Positions 1 to 8,715 of a DNA stretch of 32,000 nt are shown here, in pieces. Source of the stretch: Chlamydiales bacterium (GTDB lineage: Bacteria; Chlamydiota; Chlamydiia; Chlamydiales; SM23-39). Positions within the stretch are counted from its first letter, which is position 1. Each line of letters starts with the position of its first letter. The translations under genes were made by a program, and so were the position numbers. Location: assembly GCA_965261025.1 (NCBI GenBank), contig OZ253438.1:810001-842000 (forward strand), given 5' to 3'. Below the pieces are notes generated by a model. The model did not search any database. It saw nothing but the letters and a program-made list of their open reading frames with translations, and was not told the origin of the DNA.

Positions 1-396
1 TCCTCCCATGAAAGAAAAGTCTAAAACTCCTAAAGCTACTTCCTGCCCTCCAACCCTGCATGTGCCGGTGCTAACAGCGTCCTTTTTTTGGGTCTTTTCC
101 TGCGCTTTTTTAAGCCTATCTTGGTAAGACTCTGTATCCACAAAAGAAAGCTCATCTCTCGGAACTATTTCAGCAAAAAGCTCTACAAAAGTTCCCTCGT
201 CAGCTAAAAGGCAGATCCTTTTCGACAGAGGAAATCTATAGTGATATTCGCACTTCGGGCATAAATAAAGATTTGCCTCCAGTTCGTTAGCATGGATCAG
301 CTCATTACAACAAGAACACTTGAGCCACCCACTAAAACCATCCTTTTTAGTAGTCTGTACCTTGATCTTTGGCTTCTGCCTTGAAAAAAGTCCCAT
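1..396 (-). CDS. accD: acetyl-CoA carboxylase carboxyltransferase beta subunit, N-terminal 132 codons (gene continues past position 1)
   Basis: Absent from the ORF track because it is open at the window edge. Reverse translation from the ATG at 396..394 gives MGLFSRQKPKIKV..GWLKCSCCNELIHANELEANLYLCPKCEYHYRF..ADEGTFVEL..VALGVLDFSFMGG. This shows the paired-cysteine zinc ribbon and the FMGG motif typical of AccD. Confidence 0.85.
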   Translation of the reverse strand, partial: MGLFSRQKPKIKVQTTKKDGFSGWLKCSCCNELIHANELEANLYLCPKCEYHYRFPLSKRICLLADEGTFVELFAEIVPRDELSFVDTESYQDRLKKAQEKTQKKDAVSTGTCRVGGQEVALGVLDFSFMGG

Positions 397-679
397 ATTC
401 CCCTAAATAAAAACCAAGAACGCATCTATTTTACTGGATCCGGTGAATTTAAATGAATAGCCCACCCACTCTCTCAGAAGGATATCTCTCTAAATTTTCT
501 ATCTTTTTGAAAATCAATAAGTTTTGTTTTAAAAATTCTTTTATGAAGTCGGAAAAAATTAAAAAATAAATGAATCATCAGATCCTGATCTAAAAATGTA
601 GCCGAGGAACTACCTTCATCTGAATATCCCCTTTGACTTCGAGAGTAAAGAATGCCTACTCATAAATTAAAAAATTTCT

Positions 680-707
680 TTGATATTTATATTTGCCATG
701 CTAGAAT
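680..707 (+). promoter_or_regulatory. sigma-70/66-like promoter candidate for the DUF4116 repeat gene
   Basis: TTGATA (680-685), a 16-nt spacer, then TAGAAT (702-707), about 37 nt upstream of the ATG at 744. This is a sequence match only. Confidence 0.3.
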
Positions 708-743
708 CCTTCTCTTATTAAGTTCTTACATGTAGGATGTATT

Positions 744-1775
744 ATGCAAATAGATGCTTGCTTGAAGCGGGTTGATGGATACTGTGATTATGTGCCTTTT
801 CTAAGTACCGGCTCTAATCTGATAGACTTATTCTTGAAATCAATGGTTTTTCCTTTTCTTGAAGAACAGTCTATAAGGAACAACCATCACTACACTTATC
901 TGGAGGAAAAAAGTTTCTATCGATGTGCTGTACTATTAGTACCTCTAGTGGGAAATGTTCTAGTGGGATTATCCGATTTTGTAAAGGAAGAATCTAGTGA
1001 TAAAGACTCAATAGCCCCTGTTCAACAAGATGGTTACGCTCTTCAGTTTGCAAGTGATGATTTAAGAAATAATAAAGAGATAGTCTTAGCTGCCGTAAAG
1101 CAAAATGGTTATGCTCTTCAGTATGCGAGCAAAGCATTACAGAACGACAAAGGCGTAGTACTAGCTGCTGTCAACCAGAATGGTTACGCCTTTGAATATA
1201 CCAGTGAAGCTTTGAGAGAAGACGAGAATATAGCCCTAGCTGCTGTCAACCAGAATGGTTACGCTCTTCAGTATGCAAGCAAAGCATTACAGAACGATAA
1301 AGACATAGTACTAGTTGCTGTCAAACAGAATGGTTATGCCTTTGAATATGCCAGTGAAGCTTTGAGAGAAGACAAGAATATAGCCCTAGCTGCTGTGAAA
1401 CAAAATGGTTACGCTCTTCAGTATGCAAGCAAAGCGTTACAGGACGACAAAGAAATAGTACTAGTTGCTGTCAAGCAGAATGGTTACGCCTTTGAATATG
1501 CCAGTGAAGCTTTGAGAGAAGACGAGAATATAGCCCTAGCTGCTGTCAACCAAAATGGTTACGCTCTCAAGTATGCAAGCGAGGCATTAAAGAAAAATAG
1601 AAAAGTAGTAGTACATGCCATCAAACAAAATGGTTATGCTCTTGAGTATGCGGAGAAGTTTCAAAACAACAAAGGTATTGTGCTGATTGCCGTGAAAAAA
1701 ACGGGTTGTGCTCTCAAGTATGCAAGCGAAGCATTACAAAACGACAAAGACATAGTACTGGCTGCCGTTAGTTGA
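744..1775 (+). CDS. DUF4116-type tandem-repeat protein with a hydrophobic N-terminal region (candidate secreted or host-interaction protein)
   Basis: 343-aa ORF. From about residue 95 it has ten 25-aa repeats of the form QNGYALQYAS(K/E)AL(Q/R)(N/E)DK(D/E)IVLAAVK, which match my memory of the DUF4116 repeat. Hydrophobic stretches lie at residues about 20-40 and 60-78. A promoter-like element lies upstream. Confidence 0.8.
   Translation: MQIDACLKRVDGYCDYVPFLSTGSNLIDLFLKSMVFPFLEEQSIRNNHHYTYLEEKSFYRCAVLLVPLVGNVLVGLSDFVKEESSDKDSIAPVQQDGYALQFASDDLRNNKEIVLAAVKQNGYALQYASKALQNDKGVVLAAVNQNGYAFEYTSEALREDENIALAAVNQNGYALQYASKALQNDKDIVLVAVKQNGYAFEYASEALREDKNIALAAVKQNGYALQYASKALQDDKEIVLVAVKQNGYAFEYASEALREDENIALAAVNQNGYALKYASEALKKNRKVVVHAIKQNGYALEYAEKFQNNKGIVLIAVKKTGCALKYASEALQNDKDIVLAAVS
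1026..1772 (+). repeat. in-frame tandem repeat array, 75-bp unit (ALQYASKAL and AFEYASEAL types alternating as a 150-bp super-repeat), about 10 units
   Basis: The AATGGTTA(C/T)GC repeat starts recur at 1104, 1179 and 1254 (75-bp spacing). The blocks from about 1179-1328, 1329-1478 and 1479-1560 are nearly identical at the nucleotide level. The terminal units are more diverged. Confidence 0.9.
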
Positions 1776-1905
1776 TTAGCCCACTAAGGCAAACCTTCTA
1801 AGCTCAACCACTTTTTAGCTCTCAAGCCTTACTTGGCAGAGAAGCTCTTCTGTTTCTCTTAATATACTTTCTTAGGGTCAGTTTGAAAGCTGGAGAAGTT
1901 CTCTC

Positions 1906-1950
1906 AAAAAGCCCTTTGGATTGGCTACTACTTACTAGCAAGGGCTTTTT
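1906..1950. terminator. possible bidirectional hairpin terminator between the convergent DUF4116 gene and sodA
   Basis: AAAAAGCCCTT (1906-1916) pairs with AAGGGCTTTTT (1940-1950). An inner GCTA/TAGC pairing is also possible. T-runs follow the stem on both strands. The right arm overlaps the last sodA codons. The loop is large, so this call is tentative. Confidence 0.35.
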
Positions 1951-2536
1951 CATATCTCTTTTCAACCACATCCCAATGTACAATTTGCCAAATTGCCTTG
2001 ACGTAATCTGGTCTTAAGTTTTTGTATTGCAGATAATAAGCATGCTCCCAAACATCTACTCCAAAAAGAGGTATAAGACCTTGTAAGCTCAAAGGATCTT
2101 GGTTTTGGCAAGTAGCTATCTGAAGTTTTCCTGAAACGGGATTAAAACCGAGCCAGCCCCACCCAGACCCTTGAATTGCGACGGTTTTTTGAACAAACAG
2201 TTCCTGAAACTTCAAAAAAGAGGAAAACTCTTTTTCTATTTCCTTTTTCATATTCCCTGAAGGTTCTTTCTTTGCCTTATTTGCCGGACAGAGTCCCTCC
2301 CAGAAAAGGGTATGGTTAACGTGTCCTCCTCCATTGAATTTCAAGGCAGGCTCAAAGGAAAGCATAGAAGAGAGATCTCCCTTTTTTTCCGCTCCCTGAT
2401 ACTTTTCCAAAGTAGCATTATAATTATTTATGTAAGCTTGGTGATGCTTTTTATGATGAAGCTCCATGATCTCTTTTGAAATCACCGGCTCTAAATCCTG
2501 ATAATCGTAGGGAAGTTCGGGGAGTTTTTGTAACAT
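1928..2536 (-). CDS. sodA: Mn/Fe superoxide dismutase
   Basis: The track ORF 1928..2746 is trimmed to the internal Met at 2536 (MLQKLPELPYDYQDLEP..). AAGGAG lies 7 nt upstream of that Met. The ELHHKKHHQAY and DVWEHAYYL metal-ligand motifs are present. The 70 upstream codons overlap hemD and are low-complexity. Confidence 0.9.
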   Translation of the reverse strand: MLQKLPELPYDYQDLEPVISKEIMELHHKKHHQAYINNYNATLEKYQGAEKKGDLSSMLSFEPALKFNGGGHVNHTLFWEGLCPANKAKKEPSGNMKKEIEKEFSSFLKFQELFVQKTVAIQGSGWGWLGFNPVSGKLQIATCQNQDPLSLQGLIPLFGVDVWEHAYYLQYKNLRPDYVKAIWQIVHWDVVEKRYEKALASK

Positions 2537-2550
2537 ATAAGATGACTCCT

Positions 2551-3231
2551 TCAGGTTAAAACAAGATGTCTCAGTATATCTACGGAATAAATTTCTGGGC
2601 AACAAGAGATCTTTTGTAAAAGCCTGTTTTTTGTAGACTCTCCTTGGAAAAAAAAAGGTAGGAAAAAAGGAGGTTTTTCTTTTGTCCGAAGAAAAGCCTC
2701 TACTGTCGATGGACTGGTAAAAATAATTCCTCGAATTCTTTCCCAAGGAATTTTTTTCTTAAAATTTTGGTATTGGAGAAAATAAAAAATAGGAGCAAAA
2801 CAAAAAATGCCCTTTTTTTGAAAAAAAAGGAGAAGATCTTTTCTTGCTAAGCAAGATCTAGGCCAAAAAATACTTCTCTTTTCCTTTTTCTCTTCAAAAA
2901 AATCCATTAATCCCTCCTGACTAGAAATCTTCGGTATTTCAGAAAAAACGCCCTGCTCTTCTCCCTTTTTTTGGGTAGCAGGGCCTACCGAGATAAATTT
3001 TTTCTCTTGTAGAAAAGAGGCCAAACCCTTTTCTTGTACACAGGAGAAAAAAAACTCTACCGCTACCTGGCTAGTAAAAAGGATATGGGTGGCTTTTGAG
3101 AACTTTTCCGTTTCGAAAAAAAAGCGTCTCTTTTCCAAAGAAAGGGGAAAAGGCTTTATCAAAGGAGTATGGCACACTCTATCTTTTAAAAAGCAAGGAG
3201 GTTTTATTCCAAGATATAAAAATTCCTTCAT
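2551..3231 (-). CDS. hemD: uroporphyrinogen-III synthase
   Basis: 226-aa ORF with the duplicated-half pattern HILFTSQVAVEFF..ISVGPATQKK and IIFTSPSTVEAF..QGESTKNRL. It sits 10 nt downstream of hemC. Its TGA overlaps the sodA ribosome-binding site (tgAAGGAG). Confidence 0.7.
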   Translation of the reverse strand: MKEFLYLGIKPPCFLKDRVCHTPLIKPFPLSLEKRRFFFETEKFSKATHILFTSQVAVEFFFSCVQEKGLASFLQEKKFISVGPATQKKGEEQGVFSEIPKISSQEGLMDFFEEKKEKRSIFWPRSCLARKDLLLFFQKKGIFCFAPIFYFLQYQNFKKKIPWERIRGIIFTSPSTVEAFLRTKEKPPFFLPFFFQGESTKNRLLQKISCCPEIYSVDILRHLVLT

Positions 3232-3241
3232 AAAAGATGTC

Positions 3242-3907
3242 TTATGCTAGGGGAACCTTAGAAAAAAGCTGCTGTAGATCTTTTCTTTCTTTATGTACTA
3301 AAAGGCTCAATTTTCCCTGCAAGGACTCGGTCTGTTCTTCAAAAAAAAGACGGGGTAAGTAAGTCTTTTTCAGCCGAATTAAGGCTGCTTCTGCTACAAC
3401 GATGCCTTCTACCCCTTTTTTTTCTAAAAGAGCCAACCTCTCCTCGATAGTTCCTCGAATGTCAAAACAACGAAGATCCCCCCTTTTATGCTGCACCATT
3501 TTTTCTCTTCTCTCAGAAGAGACCCCCACCAAAGCTTTGAAAGAAAAATCTTTCCAGCTTCCCTTTTTTTTCATGACTAAGACATCCCTCGAATCTACTC
3601 CCTTAGAAAGAAATGCTTGGCAAAGTCCCTTCGGGAGAGGGCATGGTACATCTTTTGCAGAATGAAGCGCTCCTTCACATTTTTTCTCTAACACCAAATT
3701 GTCTAATTCCTCTGTAAAAAAGTTGGTTTTTCCCATGGCTCTTAAAGAGGTTTTCTTATCTTTATCTCCTTTGGTTTGTAAAAAGAGAGGCTCTAGAGAA
3801 ATTTCAGGAAACTTTCTATAAAAAAAAGAGGCAAATTCTGCAAATTGCGCTCTGCTTAAAGGGGAACTTCTCACTGCAATGATAAGCTTACAAAAGCTTG
3901 GCAGCAT
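3242..3907 (-). CDS. hemC: porphobilinogen deaminase (hydroxymethylbilane synthase), short form lacking the C-terminal domain
   Basis: IIAVRSSPLSRAQ, QTKGDKD, FFTEELDNLVL and GALHSAKDVP match HemC domains 1-2. The ORF stops at 221 aa. It overlaps the radA 3' end by 20 nt. Confidence 0.85.
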   Translation of the reverse strand: MLPSFCKLIIAVRSSPLSRAQFAEFASFFYRKFPEISLEPLFLQTKGDKDKKTSLRAMGKTNFFTEELDNLVLEKKCEGALHSAKDVPCPLPKGLCQAFLSKGVDSRDVLVMKKKGSWKDFSFKALVGVSSERREKMVQHKRGDLRCFDIRGTIEERLALLEKKGVEGIVVAEAALIRLKKTYLPRLFFEEQTESLQGKLSLLVHKERKDLQQLFSKVPLA

Positions 3908-5243
3908 CTTCTACCCAACGAACAAAAACCATCTCAATCTTAGTAGAAAAAGCTCGAACCTCTTCCTGATTTTTCTTTGGTAAAATCACCCTTTCAAATC
4001 CCATATGAATTGCCTCTTTTACTCTAGCCTCGACGTGTGATGCCCTTCGAATCTCCCCCGATAGCCCAAGCTCTCCCAGAGCCATACTTTTTCCTCGGAG
4101 CTCCCGGTTAGAAAAAGAAGAAATCAAGGCTAAAAAAATAGCAAGATCAATGGAAGGCTCTACAATTTTTAGCCCTCCTGCTAAGGAGACAAATACATCA
4201 CACATATGCATCTTATAACGAATTTTTTTCTCAATTACCGCTAAAATAAGTGCTAAACGACTCAAGTCAATACCTGCTCCCTTTCTTGAAGGAGAGGGAT
4301 AGGCAGTAGGAGTTACTAAAGCTTGTATTTCCAGCAAAAAGGGTTTTCCTCCTTCTAGGGAGGAAGAGATTACCGATCCAATCTTTTTTTCCTCCCTTTC
4401 TTCTAGAAAAAGCTGCGAAATCTGCTCCAACTCTACCAAGCCTTTTTCTTTCATCTGAAAAATCACTACCTCCGTGGTAGGACCAAACCGATTTTTTACA
4501 GAACGTAACAGGCGAAATCCAAAATTCCTATCTCCTTCAAAATCTAAAACTGTATCTACCATATGCTCTAATACCCTAGGTCCTGCTATTTCTCCGGATT
4601 TGGTAACGTGTCCTACTAAAAAAAGGGCAATGTTGTACACCTTGGCAAGCATCATAAGCTCCATGGTAATCTCCCTTACCTGGGAAATGGATCCTGGAGC
4701 TGAAGGAATCTCTTTTTTATACAAAATCTGAATTGAATCCACTATCAATACATCCGGCTTTAGTTGCTCTATTTGCTTGTAGATGGCAGAAAAAAGCGTT
4801 TCAGAAAAAAGAAGAATAGCTTCATGAGAAACCCCCAACCTTTTGGCTCTTAAAGCAGTCTGCTCACAAGATTCCTCTCCCGATACATATAAGATAGTCT
4901 TCCCCTTTTTTGCAAAGGAGAAGGCTAATTGCAACATCAGGGTAGACTTTCCAATACCTGGACTTCCTGCTACTAAAGTTAAAGAGCCTCTTACTGTACC
5001 TCCTCCCATAATTCTATCAAAACCGGCAAAAGAGGAATTCAGTCTTCCTTTTTCTTCCCAATTTACTTCGGAAAGTCGCACTGGTTTGGTTTTTTTTTCT
5101 TCCCGAGAAAACCGTGATTCTTCTAAAAAATCCTCTTCCTCAGAAAAACTATTCCAAGAACCGCATACACCACAACACCCAGCCCATTTCGTCTGAGTAT
5201 GGCCACATTCTTTACAACTCCAAATAGTCTTTACCTTACCCAA
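3888..5243 (-). CDS. radA: DNA repair protein RadA/Sms
   Basis: N-terminal CKECGH..CCGVCGSW zinc finger, Walker A GSPGIGKST, the KNRFGPT motif and a Lon-like C-terminal domain. 451 aa. Confidence 0.95.
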   Translation of the reverse strand: MGKVKTIWSCKECGHTQTKWAGCCGVCGSWNSFSEEEDFLEESRFSREEKKTKPVRLSEVNWEEKGRLNSSFAGFDRIMGGGTVRGSLTLVAGSPGIGKSTLMLQLAFSFAKKGKTILYVSGEESCEQTALRAKRLGVSHEAILLFSETLFSAIYKQIEQLKPDVLIVDSIQILYKKEIPSAPGSISQVREITMELMMLAKVYNIALFLVGHVTKSGEIAGPRVLEHMVDTVLDFEGDRNFGFRLLRSVKNRFGPTTEVVIFQMKEKGLVELEQISQLFLEEREEKKIGSVISSSLEGGKPFLLEIQALVTPTAYPSPSRKGAGIDLSRLALILAVIEKKIRYKMHMCDVFVSLAGGLKIVEPSIDLAIFLALISSFSNRELRGKSMALGELGLSGEIRRASHVEARVKEAIHMGFERVILPKKNQEEVRAFSTKIEMVFVRWVEDAAKLL

Positions 5244-5985
5244 GCTTATCCCTTTTTCTTAAAACTTCTAGAGCATCTCTAGCGGCCTCTTGCTCTGCTT
5301 CTTTTTTGGAAGAGCCTTTTCCTTTTCCCTGTATTTTCCCTGCAAAGAAAACGGTAACCAAAAAAATTTTTTCATGTTGCAGTCCCTCCTCTGATTCTAC
5401 CTGATAGAGGGGATGTTCTTGGAATTTTTTTTGTGAATACTCTTGAATTTCTGCTTTGTAGTTGCGCAAAGGATCTTGAATTACCTTTTCGATACATCCT
5501 TCTAGCTTCTTTATAAGTAACGATTTCATCTTTTTCCATCCCGCATCCAGGTACATAGCTCCCACTAAGGCCTCAAATACATCGGCAAAAATAGAAGTCT
5601 TCCCCCTAGAAGCCGTCTTTTTTTCCCCTTTCCCTAAAAAAATATACTCTTGAAGTTCCCAAGTTTCAAAATAAAAACAGCACGCTTTAGCTTCTACAAG
5701 CCTTGCATGAAGCATAGAAAGTTCTCCTTCCTCTTTTTCCGCAAAGCGGTGGTACAGATAGTCTGTGATCAGCAATCCCAGGACTGAATCACCCAAAAAT
5801 TCCAGCCTTTCATAACTTACCTTAAGCCAATCTTTGTTTTCATGAAGAAAAGAGCGGTGAATGAAGGCAGAAAATAAAAGCTTTTCATCAGAAAAAGCGT
5901 ATCCCAGTTTTTTTTCTATCTCTCTTTGGGTTTTTAAAAATTCTTCTTCAACAAGATTTTTTTTCTCTTTTTTAAAAAAACCCAT
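5236..5985 (-). CDS. rnc: ribonuclease III
   Basis: ERLEFLGDSVLG catalytic signature plus a C-terminal dsRBD (GKGKGSSKKEAEQEAA). It overlaps the radA start by 8 nt. Confidence 0.95.
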   Translation of the reverse strand: MGFFKKEKKNLVEEEFLKTQREIEKKLGYAFSDEKLLFSAFIHRSFLHENKDWLKVSYERLEFLGDSVLGLLITDYLYHRFAEKEEGELSMLHARLVEAKACCFYFETWELQEYIFLGKGEKKTASRGKTSIFADVFEALVGAMYLDAGWKKMKSLLIKKLEGCIEKVIQDPLRNYKAEIQEYSQKKFQEHPLYQVESEEGLQHEKIFLVTVFFAGKIQGKGKGSSKKEAEQEAARDALEVLRKRDKLG

Positions 5986-6056
5986 GGTAAAAATCCCGCA
6001 CTAAAAAACCATTGCCCTCTTTTTCATAAACAGAGTAGAATCCCACCCAAAAGACT

Positions 6057-7265
6057 ATGATAAGACCCAATCCCCACTTTGCAAAACTCTCTGAAGGCTA
6101 CCTCTTTTCCAGAGTAGAAAAAGAGGTACAAAAGCTCAAACAAAAAGATCCCTGTCTTTCCTTTTTCAACTTAGGAATAGGAGATGTAACGCTTCCTTTG
6201 GCCTCTTCTGTAGTAAAAGAAATCTTAGAATCTACTCAAGCCCTAGAAAAAGAGCCGAAAGGATATGGTCCCAGCCAGGGCTATTCTTTTTTAAGAAAAT
6301 GGATAGCAGAAAAGGATTATAAAAATGTTTTTTCAGAAGAAGAGATTTTTATCGGCAATGGCACAAAATGCCAACTAGCACAACTCAGTTTTCTCTTTCA
6401 TCAGGAAACGAAGGTGGCCCTTTCCGATCCTTCTTATCCTGTCTACATAGATACGAACGTCTTAGCAGGAAGATCGGGTCCCTTAGAAAAGGGTCAATAC
6501 GCTTTTTTTACCTATCTCCCCTTAACAGAAGAAAATGAATTTACCCCCATTCCACCCCAACATCCGGTAGATCTTATCTATCTCTGTTCTCCAAATAATC
6601 CTACAGGAACCTCCCTTTCTAAAGAGAAGATAAAAAAATGGATCGACTATGCCAAGGAAAACAAAGCCCTGATTCTCTGGGATGGCGCCTATGCCGATTT
6701 TATCACTAGTCAAAGTCCCAAGTCCGTTTACGAAGTAGAGGGAGCTAAAGAAGTTTGTATAGAGCTTCGTAGTTTTTCAAAAAGAGCAGGATTTACAGGT
6801 CTTCGTGTCTCTTACTGCGTGATCCCTAAAGAGCTTACCTTAGATAAGGCTCCCCTTTTCTCTGTTTTTAACCGTCTAGTAGATACTCAATTTGGAGGTG
6901 TTCCCTATATCCTTCAAAAAGCGGCTGCTTCTGTATACTCAGAAGAGGGAGAAAAACAAATAAAAGCCCAAATCCAAGAATATCAGAGTAGAGCTTGTTT
7001 TCTAAGAGAAGGTCTCTCTTCTTTGGGTTTTTCTTCATGGGGGGGTGAAGATTCTCCTTTTCTTTGGGTAAAGACTCCTTCTTCTCAAACTTCCTGGGAG
7101 TTTTTTCACTACCTTTTAGAAAAAGCCCGTATTATTTCTATTCCAGGAAGTGGTTTTGGTCAAAAAGGGGAGGGATTTGTTCGTTTTTCTTCTTTTGCCC
7201 CTTTTCCTGTTTTGAAGGAGGCTATTTATCAGCTACAAAAGTTGAATATATGCGCCTTGTCTTGA
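6057..7265 (+). CDS. dapL: LL-diaminopimelate aminotransferase
   Basis: The N-terminus RPNPHFAKLSEGYLFSRVEKEV and the PLP-lysine region SFSKRAGFTGLRVSYCVIPKEL match the DapL family known from Chlamydia and plants. 402 aa. Confidence 0.85.
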   Translation: MIRPNPHFAKLSEGYLFSRVEKEVQKLKQKDPCLSFFNLGIGDVTLPLASSVVKEILESTQALEKEPKGYGPSQGYSFLRKWIAEKDYKNVFSEEEIFIGNGTKCQLAQLSFLFHQETKVALSDPSYPVYIDTNVLAGRSGPLEKGQYAFFTYLPLTEENEFTPIPPQHPVDLIYLCSPNNPTGTSLSKEKIKKWIDYAKENKALILWDGAYADFITSQSPKSVYEVEGAKEVCIELRSFSKRAGFTGLRVSYCVIPKELTLDKAPLFSVFNRLVDTQFGGVPYILQKAAASVYSEEGEKQIKAQIQEYQSRACFLREGLSSLGFSSWGGEDSPFLWVKTPSSQTSWEFFHYLLEKARIISIPGSGFGQKGEGFVRFSSFAPFPVLKEAIYQLQKLNICALS

Positions 7266-7942
7266 CCTCACAACAGATCTCTTTTTATCGGGAGAAGGGA
7301 TTCATCGAGTTTGAAAACCTTCTTTCTTTGGAAGAAAGTAAAAGAGCCCGTCTTTCAGCAAAAATGTTTTTCGAAAAAACCTTAAATATTGCTCCCGATG
7401 AGTTCATTTCCCACCCGGTTTCCTCTTTTATCGAGGAAGGGAGAGACCTCTTTTTACAAGATGCTTATTTAAAAAAGATAACTTTACGAAGATCTTTAGC
7501 AGAGATTGCTTCTAGTCTTTCTCAAGCTAAGATACTTCGCTTGGGGTTCGAGCAAGTTTTTTATACCAACGCTCAAATGTACCCTCCCTTTGCAAGTCCT
7601 TTTTATCCCAAAGATTATTTTCCTCTACAAGGGTTAGAGATTCTTCTTTGTATTCGTCTTTCCTTTTCAAAAAAAGAATCAGAAGAAAACTCTTTCCTCC
7701 CCAAAAATCAAGGAAGTGGCCTTTTTTTCTCCCCTGAGAGCTTACTAGATCTGAGACCTATTTTTACTACTTCTTCTCAATATTTTTTATGGATTGGTTA
7801 TGTGAATAAGGGCGCGCGCTTTATAGAAAAAGAGAAAAATTCCTTCTCTTTCTACTTAAAAAAGCAAGGCTATGCTACAGGGGATCTCTTAAAAGAGCCT
7901 CACCATCCCATTGTTTTTCAAAAGCAGCACAATTGGCTCTAG
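7250..7942 (+). CDS. hypothetical protein (weak PhyH/2OG-oxygenase-like N-terminus, no clear HxD motif)
   Basis: The track ORF 7064..7942 is trimmed to the ATG at 7250 (MRLVLTSQQISFYREKGFIEFENLLSLEE..). The upstream 62 codons lie out of frame inside dapL. It overlaps the dapL end by 16 nt. Confidence 0.55.
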   Translation: MRLVLTSQQISFYREKGFIEFENLLSLEESKRARLSAKMFFEKTLNIAPDEFISHPVSSFIEEGRDLFLQDAYLKKITLRRSLAEIASSLSQAKILRLGFEQVFYTNAQMYPPFASPFYPKDYFPLQGLEILLCIRLSFSKKESEENSFLPKNQGSGLFFSPESLLDLRPIFTTSSQYFLWIGYVNKGARFIEKEKNSFSFYLKKQGYATGDLLKEPHHPIVFQKQHNWL

Positions 7943-8715
7943 CAAATCCAGCTATGTAATTTTTCGGTTATCAGAAAGCAAAGCTCTTTTCCTTCTAGAA
8001 AAAGGGCATCCTCTCCCAAAAAAGCATACAATAGGCGAAGTTCTTTTACCTCCAGCTCTTTTCCTTGATAAAATTGCCTTCTGGCAAGGTCCACTAAAAA
8101 AGAAAGTTCTTCTCTCAGTTTTGGCAAAGCCTCTTCTTTGGGTAGTTTTTTTTGTCGGAAGATATTTTTCAGCTCTTCTGGCAAAGGAATTAAAGAAAGA
8201 TCCGCCTCTTTCCCTACTTTTTCTATTTCTTCCAGTCCCTGATAAAAATTAGGAAAAGGGGAGCCAGGTTCAAACTCTTCGACTATAGGGAAATGCCAGG
8301 CAAAATGTATCTTGTGAAATAGCTCCCAAGCAGCTTCTAACTCCAGAGAGTGATTTCTCTTTCCAGAGATTTTTAAAAGCTTTTCATATATATAAAATAA
8401 TTTTTCATATACCTGACTTGGAGACAACTCGTATTTTGCTTTTTCCAGCTTCTGCAGACTTGTAAAAAGATTTTTTATCTTTCTTTTTTCTTCTCTCCTT
8501 ACTTTCTTTTTTTGTAAAAGATTTTCTTGAAGCTCTTCTCCCCAATTTCTAAGCTCTTGAAAACAAAGCTCTTTCTCTGGAATATTTCGTAAAACTTCTT
8601 TTAATTCTTGAAAAAGGCTTCTTAATTCTTGAGGTTTTTTTTCTCCACAAACCATCTTTTGGTATATCCAGGAGAGTTTTTGATGACATTCTGATACTTT
8701 ATGAAAAGGTTTCAA
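7939..8715 (-). CDS. hypothetical protein, E/K/L-rich and probably coiled-coil
   Basis: 258-codon ORF with a TTG start at 8715 preceded by GGAGG 5 nt upstream. Preferred over the overlapping + strand ORF 7911..8252, which has no ribosome-binding site and a low-complexity product. Confidence 0.6.
   Translation of the reverse strand: MKPFHKVSECHQKLSWIYQKMVCGEKKPQELRSLFQELKEVLRNIPEKELCFQELRNWGEELQENLLQKKKVRREEKRKIKNLFTSLQKLEKAKYELSPSQVYEKLFYIYEKLLKISGKRNHSLELEAAWELFHKIHFAWHFPIVEEFEPGSPFPNFYQGLEEIEKVGKEADLSLIPLPEELKNIFRQKKLPKEEALPKLREELSFLVDLARRQFYQGKELEVKELRLLYAFLGEDALFLEGKELCFLITEKLHSWIC

Noticed and set aside
1026-1772. Regular short tandem repeats that could be mistaken for a CRISPR array.
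   Set aside because: The units are contiguous with no unique spacers. They are in frame within a 343-aa ORF and encode a recognisable 25-aa protein repeat.
2551-2700. A suspected frameshift in the hemD C-terminus at the A9 tract, because two ORFs overlap there.
   Set aside because: The hemD frame through the tract reads ..TSPSTVEAFLRTKEKPPFFLPFFFQGESTKNRLLQK... This still fits the second-half HemD pattern (xGxxT), so no frameshift is needed.
2537-2746. A 70-codon N-terminal extension of the sodA ORF overlapping the hemD 3' end.
   Set aside because: SOD homology begins exactly at the internal Met (2536), which has an AAGGAG ribosome-binding site. The extension is low-complexity and overlaps the in-frame hemD coding sequence.
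7911-8252. A + strand ORF of 113 aa.
   Set aside because: It lies wholly within the longer minus-strand ORF 7939-8715, which has a GGAGG-TTG start. Its product is low-complexity and it has no ribosome-binding site.
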